Shown one piece after another: positions 22,707 to 34,023 of a stretch of DNA of 64,000 nucleotides. The stretch spans positions 1,477,960 through 1,541,959 of the forward strand of contig NW_003314262.1 of NCBI RefSeq assembly GCF_000143415.4, read 5' to 3'. The notes beneath the pieces are model-generated. The model made no database searches and had not been told where the DNA came from. It saw nothing but the letters and a program-made list of their open reading frames with translations. Position 1 is the stretch's first letter, and each line of letters opens with the position of its first letter. The translations under genes and the position numbers were made by a program. The stretch is from Selaginella moellendorffii. Taxonomy: Eukaryota > Plantae > Lycopodiophyta.

Positions 22707-25138
22707 TCAAAAGGTCAATGGAATTTTAATAATTTTTTCTTGGAGCAAAACCATGTGTGCATCAACTCCAAACTTAGCTTGTAACCACTCCCGATTGATG
22801 GAGAGACTGAATTCTTCTTGAAGGGCAGGTCCTCGATGGTAGACAAGATGAACTCCTCTGTGAGCATGGTCAGCAGTGAAGCACGCACACAACAAGAAGA
22901 GAAGCAGAGCTCCATGAGTAGGAAGGTAAGTGCTCTCCTCATCCACAACATGGTTTCGTTGTTTATGGTGAAGTTTGTGCACTGTCCCTCGCTGACTTGT
23001 TTCCGATTAACATGTGGATTATCGCAGTGTGTAGTGCGCTACCAGCTGTTAACAACATAGTTAAGTTGCATCATGCTTCGCCAAATCAATTTCCATCCGG
23101 ATTCAATCCTGCTGCAAATGGGATTGGGATCACAGATGCTACTCTCTGTATACTTTTTAACTAAAATTTGAAAGATTTAATAACCCTACACTATTGAATT
23201 TCCAACTAGAGGATCTAGGAGTCTAGTTCCCCAATCGGAAGAACTTAAAACGCCTGAGCTAAAATCCATTTTGATTTTTAGCTTGATTTGAACATCATCA
23301 GTGATCACACAAGAGGAAAAAATATATTGGATCCTTTTATTACAAATGAATGGGAGCGTCCTGCAAACAATTGTAACTCCATAGTTCCTGGATGGAAGCA
23401 AGCTCGTCGTCCTCGGATGGAACTCCAACTCTTTGGTAGTAAAGCAAGCTCTGAGAATTTACACTGGTGGTGTCTAGTTTACCATTAGCATTACATCGCT
23501 CCGGAAGAAATCTGCCAGGGAAGTTTACAAGCAATTTAGACATGATACTTTCTTTTGAGCAATTCAAACGGAGTACCTTGTTGATGATACTGTTGGAAGG
23601 AGAGACAAGGCTTTGGGCCTCGCCATCACAGCCCCTGAAATTTTTTTCTGCTAGACACTTTCAGAGACTGGACACTGCTAGTTACATGTCCTACTAACCT
23701 CGGATTTGGGATATCGATGCATGCATTGTTTGGCTACCAATGTCGCCAGTTCTTTTCTCCGTGAGACTCTATTCATGAAAGCTTTATGAACGTCAGGCAA
23801 ATCTTTGCGAGCGAGAGAGTGCCTGACAAGAAAAGAGTTGCGAGATAAGTTCGAAAAAAATGTGCTTGGAAACAAACCAGTAACTCTTGAAGTGCTCGTC
23901 ACTCGTTTGCAATCTTGTCGAGCAGCCAAGCACGTCTTTTAGAGTGTCAAGACGAAGGTCCGCGCCAGTTGATTTCCTATTCGCTATCTCGGTGAATTGC
24001 TTTCGTGTTACCTGAAAGTAAGAGGCATGCGAGTGCTCTCAGTCACTAGAAAAGGTTATCAACAATGTACCATTATTGTTCGTAGTTCAGTGCTCGAGCC
24101 ATCCACAGCCTTATACCATTCGTTCATAGCTAATTCGACAGCAGCGTTCGCTCTTTCTACAGCAGACTCTGGCACAAGGCTCCGTCGCCTTTTTAATCGC
24201 TGCCTGGAATAGAACTTAAAGGTTGACCACACGAAAGAATAACGAAGAGAGTGTATACCTCAAGTAAGCTTCATCTGTTACGTCGCTTAGATTGTCACGA
24301 ATCTCACCATTCACAAGGTGTGAATTTTGTAGTAACAAGGATGCTGGCTTCCTTGCTCTTATCCACCTGATCAGACCGTTTACTGTAAGTAGCATGCAGA
24401 GAAAGGAAAACTACATGCTCACCTCTGAGTTTCTGCACAAATGTTTTCCTGGGTTTTGCAAGCCTTCCACAAAGTTTTGAGCTGCTGAAGGTTTTGAATC
24501 ATTCTGCAGCCTTTATCATCAGAAACAAATCTCTGAGCTAAAACGAACTTACGTTTGATGAAACTTTCGCAAAGATACACGGAAGTTCTTTCGTTCGTTG
24601 TGAATCCGCGTTTGTGTTAAAACAACGACGTCGGGATGCATAGCTCTGCTGCAAGCCAGCTCGCCCCTGAAACGAGAAAACGACTTCTCACAGATCAAAC
24701 CCAACCGAAAACTTTAAGCTTGCCATGACGTCAAGGGATTTCCAAAGTTCACATTTTCGCCAGCCAGCAAAGCCGTGATGGTTTTCTCGATGTCACACCC
24801 CTGGGGCAGCAATCCGCACAGGTGCTCCTTTTCTAGATCTGAAAGACAGGAGTTCCATGTCTATATAACAAAGACCACAGTAAGGTGGATGCGAGGGAAA
24901 AAAAATTCCTGGTTACCTCAATTGAAAGAATTTGATGAAGATTCTCTAGCGCAAAAACTTCGTCCGGAACTTCAACCACATCAGCGAGATATTTGTGCAG
25001 CCTTTTAGCTTTTTCCACGCGGGAGGATGCTGCTAATGAGCTCCATGATAGACCAACTAGTGATTGTTTTGCCACGACTTGTTGATGCGATGAATTCCAC
25101 TCCAGTGGTACATGAGGTACCATAGAATAATCGTCCAT
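22707..25138 (-). CDS. NFRKB-like (DEUBAD/ASXH-type domain) nuclear protein, multi-exon; 3' end uncertain
   Basis: VPDEVFALENLHQILSIE|TWNSCLSDLEKEHLCGLLP..LLAGENVNFGNP matches the NFRKB N-terminal signature; chain of short GT-AG introns. Confidence 0.65.
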
Positions 25139-26033
25139 GACGCTCTTGGAGGCTTTTTAATTCACTGAAAAGGAAAAAAGAAGAAAAGAACGAAAAGAAG
25201 AATAAGAAACAAACCAAGAAGATCACTTAGAAAGAATGAAAGAACGAAAAGTTCTTTCATGCCATGGAAACGAAGAATTTCTAAGCAGGACATCGAAAAA
25301 TTACGAGAATGCCGAGCAAAATCAGGAGTGCAGCTTGAGATCCAGTGAAATTCACAATGCATACGTACCAATTGTGGGCGCAATCATCAATCGCCCCCGC
25401 AAAACACTGCCACGCACCATTGCCGCCATCACTCTCTCGCCCTGCCCTAAAATCTAAGGACACATCCCCGTCAGAGACACGTGTCTCTAACTTTAAAGAC
25501 AGGGCCGGATGTAGTCGCCATCGCCATAGCCGCGGAGGAGCTCTTGACTCCATCGCGCTCGCCCCGGGAATCGAAACCCAGACCTCCGTACAGGTTCTAG
25601 CTTAAAGTACGGAAGGACTCTTAGAATTTGCAATTTATTTTAGGGCTAGAGGAGCTGGGCGAGAGGGCTTTTCTCCGGGGGTAAGTTCGTGTCCAGTCTT
25701 CCTTGGCGAAATCCCGGCAGCGCCAGCGCCAGCGCCAGCGTCCTTCTCTCTCGCATCGTCGTCGCATCGTTCCATCGCATCAATCTGTTCTTAAGGTGAA
25801 ATATCTGGAAGGAGTAGCTGTTCTGGGGGATTGGATTGCTTTCCTGGAGTGCCGCTGCATTACACTCTCCCTCTTTTCATTGCCGGGTTTTAGGTCGCGA
25901 GGTTTTCTTTCTTCCTGTATCGACAAAATGGCAACGAGGGCTGTGTGTAGAAGCGTCCAGTTTTGCAAGCTCCCAACCGCCGTCATTTTTTTTTCTACAG
26001 GGAAAGGAAAAAAAGTTTGAAGGTTTGTGAAAA

Positions 26034-28535
26034 ATGGCTAGTGAAACAGATGAGAATTCGGTGATTGCTATGCTCTATGAGTATGGGGAACGACTTAGTA
26101 ACTCGGAAGACAAGTCGAAGGTGTGGCAATTTTTCGTTGTTAGTTCACTCCCAACTCTGGCATGACTCCTAGCAGAATGAAAGTGACTACCTCGGTATCA
26201 TAGAAGCAGCAAAGTCTAAAGGAAAGGTGAAGCAGCTCGCCGCGCAGCTGATTCCTCGCTACTTCAAGTACTTCCCCAACTTGTCGGTCCGGAGCCTGGA
26301 AGCACAGCTCGATTTATGCGAGGAAGAGGAGCTTGGGGTAAGCGTGATCTATATGTCAGCTGTTGGTAATTCTGTTTTGTTTTTGTGATTGTTTCCTTCG
26401 TTGCAGATTACTGTTCAAGCTGTCAGAGGACTAGCCACAATTTGCAAGGATTCGAAAGATTTGCTTCCAAAAGTCGCGGATGTGTTGGGGCAACTGCTGA
26501 TTACAGGTAACTTTCTTGGTTTGTCCGCTATTGTTTTAACTTACGTGTTTATCATTTTGGCAGAAGAACCACTTGAGAAGGATGCTGTTCAGAAAGCTCT
26601 CATGTCCATCTTAAGACAAGATGCCAAAGGTGCGGCCTGAGCATTCGAGTTTTATGCGTTTTGTTCTAATGCATGGGTGGTATGCAGCTACTCTTACGGC
26701 ACTGTTTAAGCACGTTGAAAACAGCGACGAGAACCTCCGCGAGAAAGTCTTGGCTTTCATCCGTGAGAAGGTTGGTTATTTTCTCACTTCGGCAACAGAT
26801 TATTAACTATGGTAGCGATGAACCAGGTATTCCCTTTAAAGAATGACCTCCTTCAACCGCAAGAAGAAATGGAGCGTCACGTAACGGATCTAATAAAGAA
26901 GGTGGGATATCTTACTAATGCTTTTTCTCAATGTTCTTATACTCACTTCGTGGTACCGATGACAGAGCCTACAAGATGTTACAGGAGCAGAGTTTAAAAT
27001 GTTCATGGAGTTCCTTAAGAGTCTTAGCATTTTTGGCGAGAAAGCTCCGCAAGAGCGCGTGCAGGAGCTTTTGGAAATTGTAGAGTCGCAGGCTGATTTG
27101 GATTCGCAGTTCAAAGTAAGGCACACTTTCGTTTCTTTTTCTGCTACTCATTCTCGAAATTCATAGGTAGAGGACACCGATCACATTGACCGCTTAATGG
27201 CGTGTTTGTTCATGTCGCTTCCTTTCTATGCGGTATGCAAAAAGACGTTCTTTATTCTTATTGGCTTTTGCTATCTGCCAGAGGGGTGCTTCAAACAGCA
27301 AGTTCCTGAACTATATCAACAAGTCGTTGTTTCCTGCCTTCGATAAGGTTTGTACTACTGTTTATAGTACTCGTATCTCATATTTTCTGTCGTGTTTTTT
27401 CAGCTACCAGAAGACAAGAAAACTGAGTTGCTAAAGAAAATTGCCGAGAGTGTGCAATTCTCGTCGGCGCAAGATGCCAGGAATCTTCTGCCTACCATCT
27501 TGCAATTGTTGAAGGTACGAATGTCGTGAGACCGTTGTAGTGCTTATATGTTTCATGCAGAAGTACATGCCGAAAAGGAAAACAACGGAAGAGTTCAACT
27601 ATCTGCATGTAGAATGCCTGCTGTATGCGTTTCACCAGCTTGCACATAAGGTAATTTCTGCTCATGTGCTTTTTTCTTACTGATAGTCTATGACAATGTA
27701 CAGTCGCCAAATTCTACAAATAGCCTTTGTGGATATAAGATCGTGACTGGCCAACCATCTGACCGTCTCGGGGAAGATTTCACCGACCTTTACAAGGACT
27801 TCATTGAGAGGCAAGTCATTGCATTGTAGACCAGACCCTTAACGTTTTCAGTGTCTGTGATCAGGCTGGAAGTTGCGGAAAGCCTTTCGAAATCCACGCT
27901 GAAAAAATTGACGCAAGGGATGACTAAAGTACCAGCTGCCAAAGACGAGAACGCAAAAGCAGAAGAAGTAAGTTTTCCAGTCTAGAAAATTCCAGCTAAT
28001 CACCGATGCGTTCTTCCAGAAAGCGAAAAAAGTAGCATTAGGGGTTGGACTGAGATCCTGCAACAACATCACGAAGCTGATAACGGTTTGTAGTTTATTT
28101 GCGTACGTGTTTGGAGCACTAAACTGTGTTCATTCCACAGCCTTTGAAACAAAAAACACCAGAGTTCCTCGGCGGCCCAAAGAACTTCAATCCCTCGTGG
28201 AAGGAGGCGGCTAAGCCCGCCGCAGCCGCAGCCACAGCAACACAGGCTTCCACGCCAGCCAATTCGGGGTAAGAAAAGCTCTCCTTCCAATGAGTGCTTT
28301 CTTGAAATGTCTTCGCCTCTCTTTTGTGCACAGAGCCAAGCGTCCAGCAGCTGCAAACAATGGAGCGACCACAAAGAGGGCTCGAGGCGAGCAACATCAA
28401 CACCAACAGCGTCAACCCGAGCAGCAGCACCTCGTCAACAAGGCCTTCGCCGGAATCTCTCGAGGCGGAGGTGGTGGTGGCGGCGGAAGGAGGCAGTGGC
28501 GAGCTGGTCGTGGGAGAGGCAGGAACTACTATTGA
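26034..28535 (+). CDS. API5: Apoptosis inhibitor 5-like protein, multi-exon, with 5'UTR intron (about 25681-26000)
   Basis: LYEYGERL, KQLAAQLIPRYFKYFP, DLCEEEELG, QAVRGL, KVADVLGQLL, VECLLYAFHQLAHK, CGYKIVTGQPSDRLGEDF, RGG-rich tail. Confidence 0.92.
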
Positions 28536-28770
28536 GCGAGGTCCGTCTTTATCACTCCTTGGTTTTTCGAAGAAAACGAGACGAGACAGGAATTTACAGG
28601 AAAGTATTCCATCCGTTAAAAGACTAACAAAGCAATCGTAGCAAGGCTTTTTCCGGTGAAGAGAAGCTGCTGTCATTTCTCTCATTTTGTATATTCCAGA
28701 TCGAAATTTCAGGCTGTGTGTTCTTCACTTGGTAAATCTCTTTACTTGATTCTATGGTTTTTCCTTCTCA

Positions 28771-30426
28771 TCACATTAGATTGATCCAGGTAGCATGGCT
28801 TGGAAGTCCGGCATGGACGACGAAGAGCATATAGTAACCGCTGGGAGCAACGCTGGCGCTGCGAGGAGCCGTGGTCTCGATCTCGTAAGTTGGGACTCGG
28901 CCAGAGATGGAGGCTGGAGCATCGTCCACGAGCGTCACATTGTGGAGTGGTAGCCGTATCATTCTCTGGCCCATGGAGACCGCGTGGCTGGCAAAAGGTG
29001 GCGCGAGCAGTGCGACGCCGGTGGTACCGGGGAAGAAGTGTCCTCGCAGGCGGTACCGCACGGTGAGCCGGGTGCCGTGGGCGGGGCTGGCGGTGCTGAC
29101 CGAGGTGACGCTGGGACGCCGCGCGGCATAGTCCGAGTCGAGATAAGGCGGAGAGAACACCTCGAGTGAGACATCGGTTGGATAGACCCCGTCGGTGGCA
29201 GTGGCAAACGAGTACCGCCCGTTTGGATTGCTACCGCCGACGAGGACGCTGGCGTCTGGAAGGAGGATGGCGGATGAGTGGTGGAGCCTCGGGCGAGAAG
29301 CGGCGGTGAGCGTCTGGAACCGGTTGTAGAGCTTCAAGTTTGGCTTGTAGAGCACTGGATGGAGTGCCGGGTTGCGTGCGCTGCGCCACCCGGCGGTACC
29401 GCGCTGTGCGCCGTTGATAATGAGTACGTCACCGGTTGGAAGCAAGAGCATGTCGCCCATGACGCGCGGCATCGGCATGGCCTCCATCGCCCAGCTCGGC
29501 GACGCGTCGCCCAATTTGATCCTGCCACAGTTTTGCGACGCGTTGAGGAAGTTCCCCCGACTGGCCTGCGCGTAGTTGTATGGATCGGCGCCTCCACAGA
29601 CGAGGATCTGCGCGTCCGAGTAGTCGGACGCTCCCTCGAGTGCCAGCATCACTGAGGAGCCCGAGGACGGGTAGTTTCGAGCCTCGAGGCCTGGCATTCT
29701 GGGAAACCTCTTGACGACTTTGCCGGTCTTGTAGTCGAGGAGAATGGAGTCGGAGTTTGCGAACACGAACAGGTTCCCATCCGGTGTGAGATGGACGAAC
29801 GGGTAGAGGTTGTCCTGCGATAGATCGTTGGTCTCTGCCAAGAACGAGAGCTCGTGGACGCCTTCGTTGTCCTGCCTGGGGACGAACTCGTAGCTAAACT
29901 GTCCGCGGCCACCGACGACAATAACGCGGTTGTCCGGCAAGAGATGGCTGCTCGAAAACCGCCGCTTCACCGCGAGCCTCTGGCGTGATTCAACCCAGTC
30001 GCATCTCTGGCAGGCGGCGAGGTGTCGCACGGTCTGTGAGCCATTGTTGAGACCACCAACCTGCACAAGCGTACCGTCTGCTATAGTGACCGCCGACGAG
30101 CACCAGGTGTCTGTGTAGATTGTTAGCGGCCGGATGGTGTTGGTAGCGACGTCGTACTCAACCGAGTGTGCGCTGCAGTCGAGCTTCCCCGGGATTCGAC
30201 TTCCGGTGTTCTTGCATTCTCCACTCGGCTGGCTGATGTTGGAAGGACCCGAGCTGAAGCCGTCGAAGAGGATCACCTTGTTGTTGTGCGTGAGAACCAT
30301 GTGCATTGCGGAGATTCCTGCATTGTCCACCAGCAGCTTCCATGTCCCGGGGCTTCTCAGCTCTGCTGATGTTTCTTGCGCGTAGACAAGTAGGAGAATT
30401 GCTAGAAGAGCTGCTACTCTTCCCAT
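28771..30426 (-). CDS. Secreted glyoxal/galactose oxidase-like protein (AA5, Kelch fold) with atypical active site
   Basis: Signal peptide, GISAMHM, TWCSS, NLYPFVHL, RNYPSSGSSVML, PRVMGDMLLLPTGDVLIINGA, VLVGGSNP, SMGQR, GYYMLFVV; intronless 551 aa. Confidence 0.92.
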   Translation of the reverse strand: MGRVAALLAILLLVYAQETSAELRSPGTWKLLVDNAGISAMHMVLTHNNKVILFDGFSSGPSNISQPSGECKNTGSRIPGKLDCSAHSVEYDVATNTIRPLTIYTDTWCSSAVTIADGTLVQVGGLNNGSQTVRHLAACQRCDWVESRQRLAVKRRFSSSHLLPDNRVIVVGGRGQFSYEFVPRQDNEGVHELSFLAETNDLSQDNLYPFVHLTPDGNLFVFANSDSILLDYKTGKVVKRFPRMPGLEARNYPSSGSSVMLALEGASDYSDAQILVCGGADPYNYAQASRGNFLNASQNCGRIKLGDASPSWAMEAMPMPRVMGDMLLLPTGDVLIINGAQRGTAGWRSARNPALHPVLYKPNLKLYNRFQTLTAASRPRLHHSSAILLPDASVLVGGSNPNGRYSFATATDGVYPTDVSLEVFSPPYLDSDYAARRPSVTSVSTASPAHGTRLTVRYRLRGHFFPGTTGVALLAPPFASHAVSMGQRMIRLPLHNVTLVDDAPASISGRVPTYEIETTAPRSASVAPSGYYMLFVVHAGLPSHATWINLM

Positions 30427-31036
30427 CTGTAGAGAAGTTAGGAAAACAGCAAGAAAGGGGTGATTTTTGGCCTACCTTGACTGGGCTTCTCGATTGAGTA
30501 TGAGTGTCGCGTTTCTTCTTTACACGCATTGCCACCATGATGATGTTTGTGTCCTCAGTGATTTAAACGCTGCTGCGATTGAGAAGCGAAGTCAATTTCG
30601 AGGCAGAAGGCAAAGGATGTTGACAGAGACCCCTGCTTCCTGATGAATTACCGCTGTAGCTGACAGCTCCGCTACAACAAAGACGAGCTAAGGCCAAGTA
30701 AGAAGCATAACAAACCTTCCCATGCTAAAGTAAAGTGTTTACCCACTGCAAGTCTGGATTGATGGTCCACCATTCCCATTCACGGACTGTCTCCTCCACT
30801 TTACCTTTAATAATAAAACCCGAAAAAAAAAAGCGAACCAGAGCTCGCAGAGTTGTGGCACATGTCCAGTACTTGGACTGCTGTAAAGCAATTGCTAGTT
30901 TGCAACTCGAAGCAATGCTTACTTTTGTTCTTCCCGCAAAACAGGAGAATTAATCTGTAAAGAATCTGTTAATCGGATAACTCCAAAGCATTGGAAATCG
31001 TTACCTGAACGTAGTACTACAGCCGCACGTACATTC

Positions 31037-33830
31037 TCAGGATTCCAGCTGACTCTCCTTTCGTTTCACCGTTTGATCCAGAATGTCTATTCTTCGACTT
31101 GAGAGTTCAATGTATTGCCCCAGCTTGTCTAATGCTTGCCTCATAGTTCGCATTTTACTCTCTGGAACCGCAAGCTTTGGGCTGTTCCGGCGCCCAGCAC
31201 TGTTAAGATCGACTTTCTTTTTGGCAACACGTTCAGCGCGCAAGGTAAGTGATTCCACTGCAGACTGTAGGATATCGACGTCCTGATTCATTTTTCTATC
31301 TGCGTCACAGAAACCGTAAGGGTCAGGCGAATATGTTTTCCGTATATATGTGTGGCATACCCAGAAGATCTTTGAACTCCCGCTCTGCGACTGTCAGAAC
31401 CTTCTGTTTTAAAGCTGGAAGCTTGTTGCATTCCCGAATTCGCTCCTGTAGCTGCACGTTCTTCTCAAATGCTCGCTGTATGCGAGTTACGAAGGAGTCC
31501 AAGTTACTTTGAGCTTGATCAAGCTCGCCAGTCACTTGACGCAGCTGCCTTTGCAGATCTTGAACAACGTGACCGAGGTACTTATGATGAGACTTGAGCT
31601 CGACGTGCACCTGTTTCGTCATATCATAACTAAAACCATGAAACATCAAACGTAGAAAAGCCATACCCTGTGTGCATACTCAATATATTTTTCGTGCAGC
31701 AGCTTGCCTTGATCGTGAAGGATGGAGCGACCTTCAACAGTATTCAAAGTAAGAGGTGTAGAAGCCGAAATCTGCACAGAATATAAGACATGCATCTCAA
31801 GGTGCGAATCAGTTGTACCAGAGGGATGTGTATATCTTTCGGTCCGAGCAGCAAATCACTGCTGATAAGCTTGAGCGAAGGTTGGTCGGAGTTTGTCGCT
31901 GGAATACTGGTGTCCTCGATAGCGACTGGAGGAAGAGGTCGATGCGGTTTCATGTGTACAACAGCACAGTTTCCCGAAGCTGTAAGAACCACCAGCCATG
32001 TATCGCCGGAAGACTGGAGAATTACAGTAGCACCGAGAAGAGGAACAGGAGCAGAGTTTCCTGTGGCCGATGTTTCGAGAACTGGAAACACAATAGGCGG
32101 TTCCCTGCTCTCACCAGAAAACGTATCTGAAAATGGTAGCCACTGAAGCTGGATGGTGTCGAGTCCCATCGCATGATGACAATATATCCGCTCGGGGACA
32201 AGAGGGTCCGAAAATATTCCCAAAGGACTGGCATTGTAAACCTCTGTGTCCAGTGCTAGATCAACCGACGCCAAATGCAAAAGGGGTGGATTCGGTCCTA
32301 TAAACTGCTCCTCTTCTTTTTCTTCCGTGTCCTCGTCAGCTGTTTGTGCGGCGTCATTTTTCTCTGCGCCCGGTTCCACGAGCATTGCCAAAGTTACCAA
32401 ATCGCCTAGATCGTCTTGGAGAAGTTTGGGGGTGTTGTCCAAGCTCCACATAGGATGGACTTCATCGGCAATCGCATAAAAGAACATCTCCCCGTTTTTT
32501 GTGCACACGGTAATGACGCTATCCTTCCCAGCGGTATTATACAGCATCCCAGTGGCATAGCTCGATATTTTGTGATCATTCTCACGTCCAGATAGTTTGG
32601 GAAGAGGCCCCTGCGCACAACATACTATAAGAACCGGGAAGTAAAGAAAAAATCAAGTGGCATACCTGCAGCACCAACGACGCATTGAAGGGAACCTGGG
32701 GACGAGCTCTAAACACTGACGAGGTTTCCAGCTCTTTTTCAGTATCACCAAGCTCCGGGAAGACAATCTCGAGCCAAACAGCTGCAAGCCTCGAGCTTTC
32801 CTTTGCCGTGGGAGAGTTGTTCGACACTTGGCCGGCCAGATCTTTAAGACTCGAACCATAATGAAGGCTGCAAAAAGCTTTTGTAAATCACTGACTTCAT
32901 ACTCTACGCATTTTTACCTTCCAAATGGCACTATGGGACAAAGAGCATAGATCGATGCATCCGTAAGAAGAACAAAAACCTTGTAAAAATTATTGATGAT
33001 AGAAGTTTCGTACCCTGAGGAAAAACCAACTTCTTACCGTAAACCGGTCCCAAAAGTGTTCACCGCCGAAAGCAAATGATACCGCGCGACAATATGGTTT
33101 GGAGCGAGCACCAATCTGCAAGTGGTACTCTTGTTCTGGCACCGTGATATCTCCAGCTAAGTTGTATAGTCTGGAAGGGAAACTCATTACCTCAAGCGCT
33201 GGCACTACTGACGAATTCATACCTGAAAACCCCGTCCGAGGATAGCACTCCAAGGTGCGTTTCACTGTAAGGATGCCAAGCGGCATGAAGTACTCGCAGA
33301 GACCGGCCATTAAACATATCCCCAGCGATCATTCCAGATCTGCCAAAAAGAAAGAAGAGTAATCAAGGAAAAACAACGCTGTGGATGATGACAAACTTAC
33401 CGGCATGGCTGTGAAGCTTGAGAGACCACATTCACGAACATAAGAGCTCTTTCACCAGCCAGTAACAGCAGCTCTCCCGTTCGATTCAGCTTGAGACTCC
33501 TCACAGCAAAGGAAACGTCTGTGCTGAGCTTCAAGGTCTATCTACATTCTCATCGATCAACAAGAACACCGAAGAAAATGGAGGAAATTTTGAGCTCACC
33601 TTGCTCTCACTCGCTGCATAGAGGGACTCCGACTGATCATCGAGGGTAGAATCCTCGATCTGGAGAGAATGGAGTAGCCGGTGCTCGAGATCCCACATGA
33701 AAATGCGACCAGCGCCATCGTACGCCAGGAGATTGAGGGGCATGAATGCCGCCTCAGCTGCTGCGAGCCCAGCAGGATCGATCGCCATCGACTTGAAAAT
33801 ACCGGCGCCTTCCAGCTTCACTCTCGCCAT
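31037..33830 (-). CDS. NUP88: Nucleoporin Nup88 (MOS7-like), multi-exon
   Basis: Beta-propeller region with WHAASSVHLGILT.., PEQEYHLQ, FAFGGEHFWDRFTV, PERIYCHH; C-terminal coiled coil (EKYIEYAHRVHVELK). Confidence 0.8.
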
Positions 33831-34023
33831 TTTGTGGAAGAACCCTAAACCCCGTGGGAGGGAAGAACTAGGGTTTGTAGAAAATGAGCGTGATCTCGCC
33901 ATACAGGGCCGGATTCCAGCTCGTTTGATGGAGTAGAATGCGGGTGCGTCGGAGATCGTTAATTTTCTTGGAAGAATCGGGCTCCAAGGGATCAAAATCT
34001 TCGCAATGGAGTAGAGATTTTGG

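Noticed and set aside
27811-27864. GC-AG intron in API5
   Set aside because: Plausible, but a common minor splice class
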